From: a virus
DNA length: 64,000 nucleotides
Virus record (IMG/VR): IMGVR_UViG_3300024259_000016
Location: 50,060-114,059 of that record
Strand: one strand, 5' to 3'
The position numbers and the translations under genes are program-made. Positions 45,498 to 55,103 of the stretch are shown here, one piece after another (the first letter of the stretch is position 1; each line of letters begins with the position of its first letter). The notes beneath the pieces are model-generated. The model did not search any database, had not been told where the DNA came from, and worked only from the letters and a program-made list of their open reading frames with translations.

Positions 45498-46970
45498 ATG
45501 CCGGCCACTGATTTCCAGACCTGGAATCCTGTCTTCAATGTACAGGTGCTGCAGGGCAAGATTGGCCCCCGGGCCTTTCTGGAGAGAGTGCTGCGTGTCA
45601 AGTATGTGGACCGAATCAAAGAGTATGATCAGCTTGAGATGGATGTCCTGAACCACGACGGGCTCTTCTCTGACCATAGGTCATTGTCCGCCGGGATGAT
45701 CATCGCTATCAAGTTGGGGTACATCGACGGCACATTTCCGTGGAAGGTATTTGTTTTAAACCGACAGCGAGGGGGAGTCGGAGTTCGTGCTCATGGCGAG
45801 GGGCGCCATACGGTTGGGCAGAATGAGAGTGTGGCTACTCTGTTCGGCCGGAACAGGAATGCCAAGGGCGGCAAGATGCCGCAAGGATGGAAGCTGAATC
45901 GTCGGAACCCACCTGGTGTCCAGATTGTTCGAACGGATAGCAAGGGTCAAATTCGAAAGTCCCGACGAGCCTTCGCCGCCACGAGCGACCTAATGGGGAT
46001 GGAGATGCAACTTGGCGAGTCCGGGACAAAGGGCCCCCGGATCATCGTCGCCAAGTCCTCCTCTGCAGCTGTGCAAGAGATCGCCCGCCGGGCCGGCTTC
46101 AACCCTAGTGGTATCTTGGTCCAGACCACCTCGGACCATCTGGAGCGTATCGAAATTCCCGCTGGTCGGGCCGATGCGGACCACCTGCAGATCATGGCGG
46201 ACCAGTTCGGCTTCCAGTTCAAGATCGACGACGAGGGAGTACTCCACTGGCATTCCCCAACCTGGGAAGGAGACCGGGAGAAGGGGGAACCTGTTGAAAG
46301 TTCAGTCTATGGGGCAGGGCAAGATTTACTCAAGCTCTCCATCGATTCGGACTTCCGGCTCCCTATGCCCAAGAAGGTTAAGCGCACCGGTGTGGACCCG
46401 AAGACCCGCAAGGTGATCGTGCGGGACGCTGAGATGGAACAGGTCACCCGGTCCATTAATATGGGGACTGGCTATGTTCAGGACCTTGGGCTTGTGCCTG
46501 GAGGGGGGGCCGGGACGTCACTGCCGGCTGCGCATCGGGATGCCATCATGAGGAACTATGTGTATCCGGCGTTGGCCAACTCCCCTATTCAGGTATCTGA
46601 CCAGGCCAAGAGGGACTTCATCCATAAACTCTCCCAGGGCTTCATGCTCTCTGCAGAAGATGTTGGCAACCCCCGTTTGCAAGCAGGTAAGACTCGTCGA
46701 ATTGGAGGGACTGGCTCCATTTTCTGTGATGGTGTCTGGCTCATCGGGGAGGCCCATCATACGCTCCAGCCGGGTCAACCAGGCGGGGGGGGTGGGATTG
46801 TCTACGGGACCAACACCCGCCTGAAACTTCCCCCCGAGGACAAAAGGAGAAAAGACATAGAGGTTGTCAAGACGGGGGGGCAAAAGTGGTGGCAGGTGAC
46901 GCGTAACATCCAGATTGGAACTGGGTACGTTACGGGCCGCAAACGGATGAGAGCTGGGGGAGGAACCTGA
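45498..46970 (+). CDS. Baseplate hub protein (gpD/gp27-like)
   Basis: I.IKLGY, EIARRAG, D..HLQ.MA...GF, GNPRLQAG...DG.W. Confidence 0.8.
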   Translation: MPATDFQTWNPVFNVQVLQGKIGPRAFLERVLRVKYVDRIKEYDQLEMDVLNHDGLFSDHRSLSAGMIIAIKLGYIDGTFPWKVFVLNRQRGGVGVRAHGEGRHTVGQNESVATLFGRNRNAKGGKMPQGWKLNRRNPPGVQIVRTDSKGQIRKSRRAFAATSDLMGMEMQLGESGTKGPRIIVAKSSSAAVQEIARRAGFNPSGILVQTTSDHLERIEIPAGRADADHLQIMADQFGFQFKIDDEGVLHWHSPTWEGDREKGEPVESSVYGAGQDLLKLSIDSDFRLPMPKKVKRTGVDPKTRKVIVRDAEMEQVTRSINMGTGYVQDLGLVPGGGAGTSLPAAHRDAIMRNYVYPALANSPIQVSDQAKRDFIHKLSQGFMLSAEDVGNPRLQAGKTRRIGGTGSIFCDGVWLIGEAHHTLQPGQPGGGGGIVYGTNTRLKLPPEDKRRKDIEVVKTGGQKWWQVTRNIQIGTGYVTGRKRMRAGGGT

Positions 46971-46974
46971 GACG

Positions 46975-47622
46975 ATGGGCGAACGCATCAGTGGCTTTAT
47001 ACCTGGAATTGTAACCGATCGGGCTGATCCTGATGGACTGCACAGGGTACGGGCTCGCCTTCCTGGATACTATGAAGAAGCCACTCCATTCTGGATCTGG
47101 CCGGGCAATGTGCCAGGGTCAAGCATCAGCGAGGACGGCAAAGTTCAGGGGTCGTGTTATCCACCCCCCAGGGTTGGGTCGATGATTGATGTGACCTTTG
47201 CCTGGGGGGAATGGGATCGTCCTGATGCCTACGCCAAGTACTTTCCCTCCCACTTCACTCTTGGCGAGGACGGGTCAGTGCAGGGGCCACCTTCCGTGTT
47301 CAACCCTGACGTAGATGTTGCGAAGCGGCGAGAGCGGGTGTGTATCTGGGAGGATGATAAGTTTGTATTCTCTGTTCAAGAGGAAGGTGTTGAGGGAGTG
47401 GATGGAGAACACACCATGACCATGGCATCAAAGAGTGGCCTGACCAAAGTCCAGATTGTGAGGGGTGGTGGTCAGACAGGGACCGGAGAGATCCTGAGGA
47501 TTGAGGGTCGAGCTGGGATCAAGATCTTCGCCATGGGGTCCATCAACATCGATGCGAAGTTGGGGGTTGAAATTCAGGGACGCAAGGTCACCAAGGGTGG
47601 CCTGAACAATGGAACTATCTGA
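46975..47622 (+). CDS. Baseplate spike protein (gpV/gp5 OB-fold)
   Basis: GIVTDRADPDGLHRVRARLP...PPPRVG...V.F..G. Confidence 0.85.
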   Translation: MGERISGFIPGIVTDRADPDGLHRVRARLPGYYEEATPFWIWPGNVPGSSISEDGKVQGSCYPPPRVGSMIDVTFAWGEWDRPDAYAKYFPSHFTLGEDGSVQGPPSVFNPDVDVAKRRERVCIWEDDKFVFSVQEEGVEGVDGEHTMTMASKSGLTKVQIVRGGGQTGTGEILRIEGRAGIKIFAMGSINIDAKLGVEIQGRKVTKGGLNNGTI

Positions 47623-48638
47623 TGGCTGATGATCCCTCCCTGGAAGCACTCGACGTAATCTGCCGGCCGCTTCCTGTCCCGGAGACCCTACCAGAGTTGG
47701 AGCTTCCGAACTTTGGTGCCCTGCGTAAGGCCTGGGGGTCTTTAGCTCAGGTGCCCGACACAGGGGACCTACTGTGTGAGTTCCAGGACATGATCGCCCC
47801 GGCCATGGCATCGATTCGTCGATGGATGGTTCTGCAGAAGCTCGCCCAGCAGATTTCCAAGTGCTTCCAAGTAATCCCCGATTCGATCATGACTCTGTCG
47901 CCAGATCCTATCTTCGACTGCATCGAGAACCTGACCAAGTATGTGCTTGAGATTGTCAAGTCTCTTCCCCCCCTGGCTTACGTTCAATACGGAATGACGA
48001 TTGCTCGGTACTGCATCCTGTTCATTGACGAGATCTTTCTCCTGTTACAGGCCATGAATCAGATCATTGCAGACTACCAGTCGATCGCCTCGGATGCTCT
48101 ACTCCTTATGGACAAGGAACTTCAGGGTCAGATTCCGTGTGCGGCAACCGACATGCTTGCACCTGTCGCAACAATCTCTGACCAGATGCTTTTTATTGGA
48201 CCCGCCATGTCCGTCCTTCTAGAGCCCTTCCTTCTGCTACCTGGAGGCCAACTCCTCAAGCCCATGATCGATCAGTTCAAGGACATGGAAGACTTCATGA
48301 AGGACATCAAGGATCAGATTCAGCAGGGGGGTGCGCCAACTCCGTTCCCCCCGCCCCCATCCTTCATAAGTATCATCGCTGGTGGTCCAACCGGGGAATC
48401 CCCGCCCTTCCTCCCAATCCCCCCGTTAGGACCTATGGTGTCGGTCATCGGATTTAATCGGTATCTCTTGGTCGAGATCTACAACTTCCTAAAACCCCTG
48501 GCCTCTGGAGTAATTGTCAAGCCCATTTTCATTGATGGAGTCCCGCGGCCCATGCTTATCGATGTCCAGTCTGGTGCTGTGATCGGCCCTCCGTTCATGG
48601 ACATCCTGGATAACCTCCCCACCTTCGAGTATTTCTAG
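47622..48638 (+). CDS. Hydrophobic, Pro-rich baseplate-region protein
   Basis: TGATG coupling; 338-aa ORF. Confidence 0.7.
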   Translation: MADDPSLEALDVICRPLPVPETLPELELPNFGALRKAWGSLAQVPDTGDLLCEFQDMIAPAMASIRRWMVLQKLAQQISKCFQVIPDSIMTLSPDPIFDCIENLTKYVLEIVKSLPPLAYVQYGMTIARYCILFIDEIFLLLQAMNQIIADYQSIASDALLLMDKELQGQIPCAATDMLAPVATISDQMLFIGPAMSVLLEPFLLLPGGQLLKPMIDQFKDMEDFMKDIKDQIQQGGAPTPFPPPPSFISIIAGGPTGESPPFLPIPPLGPMVSVIGFNRYLLVEIYNFLKPLASGVIVKPIFIDGVPRPMLIDVQSGAVIGPPFMDILDNLPTFEYF

Positions 48639-48666
48639 GGGATAAATGAGGTAGAATAGGGAGATC

Positions 48667-49146
48667 ATGAACGGAGCTGGCCAAAATCCATCACAGAATA
48701 TTGCAAGGATGCCTCCAGGGTTGCGCGCCCAGGCATTGTCGTGGCCACTGACCTTCGTTGGGCCTCAGATGCTCACGACGCAGGGAGTGGGACGTGTACG
48801 GCAAGCCCTCGAGCATCTTGTCAGGACACCAATGGGGGCCTACTGGATTGACCTGGAGTATGGGACCATCTTTGATGCGGTCCGGACGCAGCACATGACC
48901 CAGTCCTCTTCTGATGGGGGAGTCTTGTCTGGGGGGCTGGTAGATAGCGCTGTGGCCCACTTCCAGCGCCAGGTGAGCATCTACTGTCCAGGTATTGTGC
49001 TACACTCAGTCCATATGTTCAGGCAGTCGGGTGCTCGACTGCGAGTGGATATTGTCTGGACGGTCAAGTCCCTCCGAGGTCAGGGAGCTCTCGGGGCACT
49101 GCCTGATGGCGGAGGGCTGGGTAGCTCCTTGTCAGTGGTGCTCTAA
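48667..49146 (+). CDS. Baseplate wedge gp25/gpW-like protein
   Basis: VRQALEHLVRTPMG......EYGT. Confidence 0.8.
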   Translation: MNGAGQNPSQNIARMPPGLRAQALSWPLTFVGPQMLTTQGVGRVRQALEHLVRTPMGAYWIDLEYGTIFDAVRTQHMTQSSSDGGVLSGGLVDSAVAHFQRQVSIYCPGIVLHSVHMFRQSGARLRVDIVWTVKSLRGQGALGALPDGGGLGSSLSVVL

Positions 49147-50739
49147 ATGTACAGACCTCTCGTCCCGGAAGATGACCTGATTCTGGTCCAGCAGGATCGT
49201 GAGTCCATTCGTGCTCGCCAGGCTTGGATGGCAGCTCGGGCACATGACGGTTGGGTTGACCAGTCGTTGGCCAGTGCGGAAAACGTCCTGTTAGAAGGCC
49301 AGGCCCTTGTCGGGGGGGCGGCTTTCTCCCTGATCAATGAGCGTGCACGCCAGCTTACCTTCGCCCAGGTCACCGATCGGTTAATGTGCATCCGGAAGAT
49401 CCGACCGAGTGGGTTGTCTATGTCCGGAGCAAAGGCTGCCATCGTTCCGGGCTACTTCTCGACGGCCGGCGCCGCTGCAGCCCCGAAGCGCATTTTTCTC
49501 CCCGGGGCAGGGGAGGTGCAGCCGATTCGTCTGCAGTCCGGACAGGGGATTTGGCAACTGGCTTCCACAGGGGTTTCCGAGATCACTGGTGGCTCCATCC
49601 AGTCCCCCTCTCTGACACTGGAGCAATCAGACTCACACGAAGCCATCGAACAGGCATCAGGATTTCCGGGGCAGATTATTGTCCTCGGGCACTGGCCTGT
49701 GATTCCAGCCTCCATTGTCGTGTCCGATCCAAACGGGCCCTTTGACCGGGTCCGCCCTGACACTGGTCTCCCTTGGATCAGTCCTTTGGAGATGGGGAAT
49801 AGCGACCGGGGATACATCATCCTCATCGACAACTACGGCAAGGCGTACCTGCAATTCGGGGATGGTATTCATGGTGTAATGGGCGAAGGGGACATCGAGA
49901 TTCTGTACAAGACTGGAGGTGGGAAAGACAACGCCGTGGTCGCCGGTGCCCGATGGACCATCTTGGATGCCGTGTACAACGAGGACGGTGATAAGGTCAC
50001 TGTTCAGTTCACCAATTCGGCACCATCCTCCGGGGGTCTCGACCAGATGTCTGTTGAGGAGGCCCGGGTACGGATGCCTGCCCAGATTCGTGCTTGGGAG
50101 CGGACTGTTAACGAAGTTGACGCCGAGGCTATGGCGGAGACGGTCGGGGGGGTAGGTCAATCGGCCCTGATTACCTCAAACCATGTCGCAGGTGTCCCCG
50201 AGGATGTAGGACGTTTATACATCGTGGCCCTCGGATCACAATACTCTGATTCGCTGTATTACCCCCCTGCTGCTCCTACAGATTCCCAACGAGATGCCAT
50301 CGGGGCCATCTTTGCACCTGGGGGGGCGGCGCCGGGTTTGATGGGGACCCGAATAGATGTCTTTGATGCTGTCTTCAAGACAGTCAACATCGTAGTTCAG
50401 GTCTATAAGGCTGCAGGGGTTTCCCAGACCGCGGCGAGGAGTGCCATCGTTCGTGCATTGCAGATGCACTTCGCCATTGCCGATAGCGAGCGTGCCCCCC
50501 TGTACACCGTAGACTTCGGATTCCGCTTGACAGATTCCGGTGGGACCATCACCTCCCAGATGGCCTGGTCTGGCATCTTCGAGGTGATCGCCGGGACATC
50601 TGCTGTAGCGAGCATTCCCCCCGACGACGAGAACCTGGTCTTGAATGGAACCCGCGGCTCGGTTGTTTTGGGTTATGAGGAGTTCCCAGTGCTCGGAACG
50701 GTCACCATCTGGGACATGGATGAGGGTGTGGAGATCTAA
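49147..50739 (+). CDS. Baseplate J/gp6-like wedge protein
   Basis: LQFGDGIHG, YKTGGG..N, GGLD...EEAR.R.P...RTV...D. Confidence 0.85.
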   Translation: MYRPLVPEDDLILVQQDRESIRARQAWMAARAHDGWVDQSLASAENVLLEGQALVGGAAFSLINERARQLTFAQVTDRLMCIRKIRPSGLSMSGAKAAIVPGYFSTAGAAAAPKRIFLPGAGEVQPIRLQSGQGIWQLASTGVSEITGGSIQSPSLTLEQSDSHEAIEQASGFPGQIIVLGHWPVIPASIVVSDPNGPFDRVRPDTGLPWISPLEMGNSDRGYIILIDNYGKAYLQFGDGIHGVMGEGDIEILYKTGGGKDNAVVAGARWTILDAVYNEDGDKVTVQFTNSAPSSGGLDQMSVEEARVRMPAQIRAWERTVNEVDAEAMAETVGGVGQSALITSNHVAGVPEDVGRLYIVALGSQYSDSLYYPPAAPTDSQRDAIGAIFAPGGAAPGLMGTRIDVFDAVFKTVNIVVQVYKAAGVSQTAARSAIVRALQMHFAIADSERAPLYTVDFGFRLTDSGGTITSQMAWSGIFEVIAGTSAVASIPPDDENLVLNGTRGSVVLGYEEFPVLGTVTIWDMDEGVEI

Positions 50740-50744
50740 TCGGG

Positions 50745-51665
50745 ATGACCGCAGACGTCAAAAATCCCTCTTTCGAGATCGCCGGCCCAGGCTGGGGGCA
50801 AGCCCAAGATTGGATCGAAGAGCAGACCGGTGTGGCCGAGGATGTAGCTACTTTCGTGGATGGGGGGCGGCGAGTTCCGTTTGAGAGATATTGTGCTGGG
50901 TGGGGGTCAAACCAACTAGCTCAGGTAGCTTTTGGGGTTGGGGACCTGGTGGTTGCTATGTTTGAGAACAACAGCGAGCCCCAGGAGACCTACTGCACCT
51001 CCTGGGTCGAGCCACAGACACTGGTTGATCCCCTCAATCCCAGGTATAACCATGATGCCCAGTCCCAGTTTGGTGTATCCGATCTGGTTGAGGCTATGTT
51101 CAATGCCCTAACAGATGACTATGAGGGATACCAGGAAGGGTGGGAGGACAACGAGGACTCCAGCTACATGTTCCCTGGTGGAGTCCTGTGGTCCAAGTTC
51201 ACCGAAGCATTGTCGCTGAGCATCCTGATGGGGGAGACGGTAGTTGTAGAAATCGATGGGGGCGCACCTGCTGTCTTGGTTTTCACCAGGGACTTGAATG
51301 GAGCTGTAGACATTGCTCTGGACCTGACTACCCTTCTCGGCGCCGCCGGGTTTGGGGTGGCGCCAGATGATGACCATCTCGGTCTGCAATCAGCTACAGA
51401 TGAGACCGGAACGGTAAAAGTGACCGGAGGGACCGCCCGGCTCGGATTCCCCTTGGATGCGGATATTGGAGTATCCACGCCGGCCACCTTCACCTTCGGG
51501 ATCCCCAGGGATTGGGAGCACTACAGTACCGATTGGGAAAACAACGAGGACGCCGAAGATGGTTTCCCACCCCTCGGCGCCGGGGTGCTATCGGCGGCAA
51601 TGTTTGATGGGGCTGCAAAGAGCTACGAGAATTACGGGGGGGCGTGGACTGAGACCTTGCCATAA
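50745..51665 (+). CDS. Acidic virion protein with internal E-x-Y-x3-W repeats
   Basis: NPSFE N-terminus; five ExYxxxW units, three AMF motifs. Confidence 0.7.
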   Translation: MTADVKNPSFEIAGPGWGQAQDWIEEQTGVAEDVATFVDGGRRVPFERYCAGWGSNQLAQVAFGVGDLVVAMFENNSEPQETYCTSWVEPQTLVDPLNPRYNHDAQSQFGVSDLVEAMFNALTDDYEGYQEGWEDNEDSSYMFPGGVLWSKFTEALSLSILMGETVVVEIDGGAPAVLVFTRDLNGAVDIALDLTTLLGAAGFGVAPDDDHLGLQSATDETGTVKVTGGTARLGFPLDADIGVSTPATFTFGIPRDWEHYSTDWENNEDAEDGFPPLGAGVLSAAMFDGAAKSYENYGGAWTETLP

Positions 51666-51707
51666 GGTAGGGGCTGGCCTGTAGAAGACGGGCCCTGGAG
51701 GTGTATC

Positions 51708-52430
51708 ATCGCTCAAGCTGACTGGACTGACTGTGACGGAAGTTCCCTCGATACCGCGTCGATCCTGAGAGGTGTATCGAATGCGTTCACCCCGCCGGCC
51801 GGACCGGACACCTTTGTCTACGGCTTTCGGGCGATCAAGTCCGCAACTGGGGCTGGTGGGAAACGGGTGGCGCTGGCCAACTTCCAACCGTTCACTGGGT
51901 CCCGAAAGGCAGGAAGCCTATCGTGGCCGATGAAGCGGTTCTCCTCGGGAATCAAGTTCGCTCCGTTCTTTGCCCTGCTCAATGACACTGACCTGTCGGT
52001 GGCCCAGGGGTACATGGTAGCTCTGACCCAGGAGGCCAGTTACAAGATCGGTCTGTTTAAGGGGAGTCCCCTGAGTGGGTTTTCCTCTTCGGCATCCCAC
52101 TGCCTTGCCAAGTCCTCGGCTGCCTTCGATGATGTCGGGGATGTGGCCGCGGCCTGGAAGCACTTGAAGCTCGATGTGCTAGTCAATCCCCACGGAGAAG
52201 CTGTCCTGAATGTGTGGGAAAACGATCTGGCGTCCAATGATGTGGACAGTCCGTCCTGGGCGGCCATCCCTGGCTTGTCTCAGTTCATCGACGACTCACT
52301 CGGGCATTTCTCCGGAGGGGTCCCGGTCCTTGATGGATTCTATGGGATCAAGGGGATGTACACCAATGGGCAGTCCGGTGACATGGTCTTGTTTGGCCGG
52401 GCCACCGTCCACCGTCAGACTAGCCCCTAA
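51708..52430 (+). CDS. Beta-rich tail/baseplate protein; apparent ATC start
   Basis: GGAGGT SD at 51697, in-frame ATC at 51708, frame open through GTG 51867. Confidence 0.65.
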   Translation: MAQADWTDCDGSSLDTASILRGVSNAFTPPAGPDTFVYGFRAIKSATGAGGKRVALANFQPFTGSRKAGSLSWPMKRFSSGIKFAPFFALLNDTDLSVAQGYMVALTQEASYKIGLFKGSPLSGFSSSASHCLAKSSAAFDDVGDVAAAWKHLKLDVLVNPHGEAVLNVWENDLASNDVDSPSWAAIPGLSQFIDDSLGHFSGGVPVLDGFYGIKGMYTNGQSGDMVLFGRATVHRQTSP

Positions 52431-52452
52431 AACAGGCTGAAGGAGAGAGTAC

Positions 52453-53307
52453 GTGGCAGGGCCGCTTTGGGCATACCCGGGAGTCAAGGAAGGGAGGATC
52501 ACTCCGGTCTTTTCCCAGGCCGGAGGCTCGGGTGGTTACGGGTATTCCCCTTACGTGGGCTACTACTCCCCCTACCCAAATTACTACTACGGGTTCTCCA
52601 GCGACAAGGTTTTCTGCCTCGGTAGGGATTCAGTCCCGCACTCGCTTCGGAAGCTCCAAATCGGGGCCACGGCCAGTGTCCGGCAGTCAACTGTTGTCAG
52701 CGGAGCTGACAAGTTCTGGCTCTTCATGTTCCACATGCGGGTACCTGAAGGGCTGCCCGAGTTGGCACCAATCTGTTTGGGTGAGGAGGTCTCTTTTGTT
52801 GCTGGTGCCGGTGGGTCCCCCCCAGGGAGCCGGGGCCTCATCGATCCCGCTGATGGTCTGTCGGGGGTGATCCTGGATCCTGCCAGTGCCTCAGTATTCC
52901 CAGATGGATTAGATGGCCTGCAGCAGTGGTGCCAGATCTCTGGGGCAACCGACGGGGATAACAATGGCATCCACAGGCTGGTATGCGTCCCGGAAGGTCA
53001 AAGAAGTAAGGTTGCTGTCATCGAGAATCAGAAAACGTTGCTCAGTGCCCCCCTCCCAGATACTGGGGCCATGATGCAGACCCTCAACGACAACGGCCTG
53101 CTCGGGGCTGGAGTTGACATCTCCCTACTTGGCGCCCGATGGGTTGGCCGGGCATATGCTGATTGGGGTACCGGCTACCAGGAGCGTGTGGCCCTCATCG
53201 AGTATAAGGGTGGGAATATAGTACGGGGTGCAATGTCCTTGCACCTGTCTCAGTACGTCGGGCCCTTAACTGTCAAGTTTGAGGTGAAGCTGGAGCAGGT
53301 GTCCTGA
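52453..53307 (+). CDS. Hypothetical tail-region protein with Tyr/Gly-rich insert
   Basis: AAGGAG SD; GGSGGYGYSPYVGYYSPYPNYYYG. Confidence 0.7.
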   Translation: MAGPLWAYPGVKEGRITPVFSQAGGSGGYGYSPYVGYYSPYPNYYYGFSSDKVFCLGRDSVPHSLRKLQIGATASVRQSTVVSGADKFWLFMFHMRVPEGLPELAPICLGEEVSFVAGAGGSPPGSRGLIDPADGLSGVILDPASASVFPDGLDGLQQWCQISGATDGDNNGIHRLVCVPEGQRSKVAVIENQKTLLSAPLPDTGAMMQTLNDNGLLGAGVDISLLGARWVGRAYADWGTGYQERVALIEYKGGNIVRGAMSLHLSQYVGPLTVKFEVKLEQVS

Positions 53308-55082
53308 TGGCGACTCCTATCCTTATCAAGACTCCAGCCCTGTACATCGACGAGATCCGGGGGTACAGCCCTGTAGGATCTCTGCATCTGGTCAATTGCG
53401 TTCCTGGGGGCCAAGAAGTAGATGTCCCGATCTCAGCATTGGTGTCGCTCCAGCTCGTCGGGACGGTAGGGATAGCTCTCGAGCCGGACACTATCATCGA
53501 GATCGTCCGGGGAACATCGGGCACCAGTGAGGTGGTGGTGGACATGGGAGCTGGCGGTGTGCAAGCCGGCTGGGCCGGCTCTGCAACCCTTCGGCAGAGT
53601 ATTGGTTCTGCAGTCCTCGATGAATTGGTAGTAGCTGTGACACCAACGCTACCTTTCAAATCCCTGGAGGAGATCACCATTCGGGTGAGGGGCCAGCTGG
53701 TTGGCGGAGCTGCTGTCCTCGACGAACACTACCAGTTTACCTGTGAGGATCAGACATCTCCCACCATCTCCAAGGTCTTGTGGATGACACCCGTCAAGGC
53801 AATGGTGGTCTTCGACGAAGTTGTCAGCCTTGATACTCTGTTTTCGGTATATGGAAAAGGCAACGTTGAGGTGGTCACCGGGCATGTACGGCTGCGAGGG
53901 GAGAGCGAGCAGGCCCTCTCCATTGATGCTGGGATGGTCCTTGGGGTACGGGGATCCATCGAGAGCCTTAATAATTGGGACGACCTGATCACCTCGACGG
54001 CAGGTTATGGGGTAGATTCCGGGGGGTACCTGGACATCACCCCGAACCGAGCATCCCTCCTTGTTGCCGACGATGGGATCGACAGGGACGAGTTGGGGCA
54101 AAAGACGTTCCAGCGGCAGATTCGTGCGGTGGTGAGTCATGTCGAAATTACGCACAGGATCGATGATGAAGGAGCTGGTGGGGGGGCAGGTTCCCCGGAG
54201 ACCATTCAGGTAGCCTACGTCCCCCTGGTCAAAGACCTCCAGTTCGTTGTGGAGGAGGACCTACCAGAGGGGGTTGCCGCGGGCCAAGCCGTGTGGCTTG
54301 AAGTAGACGAACCTATGTCCCTCGGCCGGTTATACGCCATCAACTGGAATTGCTCCGATGCCAATGGGAACTGGGGAACAACCTCAATCAGTTTCGAGAT
54401 GCCGAGTTTCCAGGTCAACCTGCAGGGGCTCGATTTCACCACCCCGGGTATCCAAAGCCCCAAGGACTTACGACAGGATATCGAGGAGGGAGAAGGGTCC
54501 CTCTACAAGATCTGCAGGATCCTGAACGATCCGATTCTCTTGGTCAGGTACTATGCCGAACGGATGAAGTACCTGGAAGACCCGTTTGGGTGCCCTGACG
54601 AGTTTCTCCCCTTCCTCCTGTACGATCTTGGAAATCCTTTTCGGTTCGCCCTGCGTACCTTGCGATTGGGTCGGTTGGCCGCTCTGTACTTTCCGGATCT
54701 GATGAGGAGGAGGCCCACGCCTGGGTCTATCGAAGACTTCATCTTCGGGGTATTTGGTATCCCCTGCAGGGTAGTCCCCTTCTGGACAGCACAGCACTGG
54801 CAACTGGATGACCCTGTGTACAGCCGCCTTGGGCACACAACCTCTCTGGCGCCCAGTTCTTCCTGGGAAAAAAACTGCTGGGTCCTGGAGCTACAACTGA
54901 ACGTGGATGCGCAAACCGAGCTGGACATCATCGAGACCTGTGAGTGGTCTGATGGTTGGAACATGCACTTCATCGGCGTCATCGAGCCTGAAGATATCGC
55001 GGCCGGTGCCTTGCTCCCGGGTGGGGGATACTGGACACTAAACACATCAGCCCTTGGCTCCGGAACGATCTTGAGTCCGTAG
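53307..55082 (+). CDS. Baseplate wedge protein with C-terminal P2 gpI-like domain
   Basis: DPFGCPDEFLPFLLYDLG...R.T.GSIE pattern; beta-rich N-terminus. Confidence 0.7.
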   Translation: MATPILIKTPALYIDEIRGYSPVGSLHLVNCVPGGQEVDVPISALVSLQLVGTVGIALEPDTIIEIVRGTSGTSEVVVDMGAGGVQAGWAGSATLRQSIGSAVLDELVVAVTPTLPFKSLEEITIRVRGQLVGGAAVLDEHYQFTCEDQTSPTISKVLWMTPVKAMVVFDEVVSLDTLFSVYGKGNVEVVTGHVRLRGESEQALSIDAGMVLGVRGSIESLNNWDDLITSTAGYGVDSGGYLDITPNRASLLVADDGIDRDELGQKTFQRQIRAVVSHVEITHRIDDEGAGGGAGSPETIQVAYVPLVKDLQFVVEEDLPEGVAAGQAVWLEVDEPMSLGRLYAINWNCSDANGNWGTTSISFEMPSFQVNLQGLDFTTPGIQSPKDLRQDIEEGEGSLYKICRILNDPILLVRYYAERMKYLEDPFGCPDEFLPFLLYDLGNPFRFALRTLRLGRLAALYFPDLMRRRPTPGSIEDFIFGVFGIPCRVVPFWTAQHWQLDDPVYSRLGHTTSLAPSSSWEKNCWVLELQLNVDAQTELDIIETCEWSDGWNMHFIGVIEPEDIAAGALLPGGGYWTLNTSALGSGTILSP

Positions 55083-55103
55083 GCCCAAAGAGAGGAAGCA
55101 GCC

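Noticed and set aside
37305-55082. Stand-alone contractile injection system or tailocin
   Set aside because: Contiguous with portal, capsid, lysis and DNA polymerase genes, so it is a phage tail
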